Below, in pieces: positions 33,581-34,383 of a stretch of 34,383 nucleotides of DNA. Position 1 is the stretch's first letter; each line of letters begins with the position of its first letter. The notes beneath the pieces were generated by a model. That model made no database searches and was not told where the DNA came from. It saw nothing but the letters and a program-made list of their open reading frames with translations. A program made the position numbers and the translations under genes. Source of the stretch: Octopus bimaculoides (taxonomy: Eukaryota); assembly GCF_001194135.2 (NCBI RefSeq), contig NC_068996.1:10178160-10212542 (forward strand), in the 5' to 3' direction.

Positions 33581-34338
33581 NCTGTTCTGTGTACCACACG
33601 ACAGCAGCAGCAACAATCAGCCAGCGACCACTTCAACAGCTTCGTCCAGTCAACGATGACCACCGCCGTCGCCATATCAGCAACACGTTTCTACGACTAC
33701 TACCAAGCAGCCTCAATCACCACCAGCGTCAACACGACTTACTATGTACACCAAACCACCTCTCTCTCTTCGGTTCTGTTAGGTGACTTAGCTTCACCAT
33801 GATAATAAACAGACAAGAGATTTCAGCCTGCGATAAACGTCTGTCCTCAAGGCCCTGGCATCGAAGCCTAAACACAACTAGTGATAAGCTCTGCCAAACG
33901 ATGAACGACGAACATCTGTATAACAAGAATCACGGCCCGGCATCGATGCCACGATATCACAACTAGTGATCAGCTCTGCCACACACACAGCCAACTCACT
34001 TCACATACAGACTCATACTATTGTGTACTCAAGAACTGGTATATAATTGCTCACATGTTATTGACTCTCTTTCTCTCTGCTGTAATATTTCACATACACA
34101 TACATGTATCACTCACATACACACTTTTCTTTGTACGACGGCCTGTCTTTGATTATGTTCTTATATGTCGCATTCACACTCTCACACAGACATACATCTT
34201 TAACACTACAATAAATATCTCTGTTATTCATCTAATACGGTTGTGGTCTTTCATTACTGGTCATCTATGTTATCGTCGCATAACATATCATGTATATCAT
34301 CATTGATATATATATTATTTTGTGTTCGACCGTGTGAC
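33581..34338 (+). mobile_element. Possible LTR or other retroelement terminal segment
   Basis: CpG-rich relative to the window, internal direct repeat, AATAAA at ~34211, ends ...GTGTGACA; the left end is hidden in a gap; no PBS/PPT or coding region seen. Confidence 0.3.
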
Positions 34339-34383
34339 ACGTTTAAATAAAAGGAGTCCTCTGTTTTTCCATCCGTCACCATT

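Overview
AT-rich, microsatellite-dense, gap-containing eukaryotic non-coding DNA. The repeat content (CORE-type and Meta-domain-like tRNA SINEs, RTE LINE tails ending in (GAT)n) resembles what I recall from Octopus genomes; this species assignment is inference. I found no convincing host protein-coding exon, and most listed ORFs are artefacts of simple repeats or N-gaps. Recognisable content: three decayed Tc1/mariner transposase relics, one 5'-truncated RTE LINE plus two RTE 3' tails, an older LINE relic, many SINEs, several MITE/fold-back elements and a possible LTR. The most notable signal is five type-I hammerhead-ribozyme-like motifs in three unrelated repeat contexts (316-377; 11013-11058, 12114-12160 minus and 13178-13224; 19157-19193). 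One family places the hammerhead in the 74-nt loop of a fold-back with ~225-bp arms and shows compensatory stem-I changes between copies. All alignments and folds were done by eye; boundaries are approximate unless a TSD or TIR is quoted.
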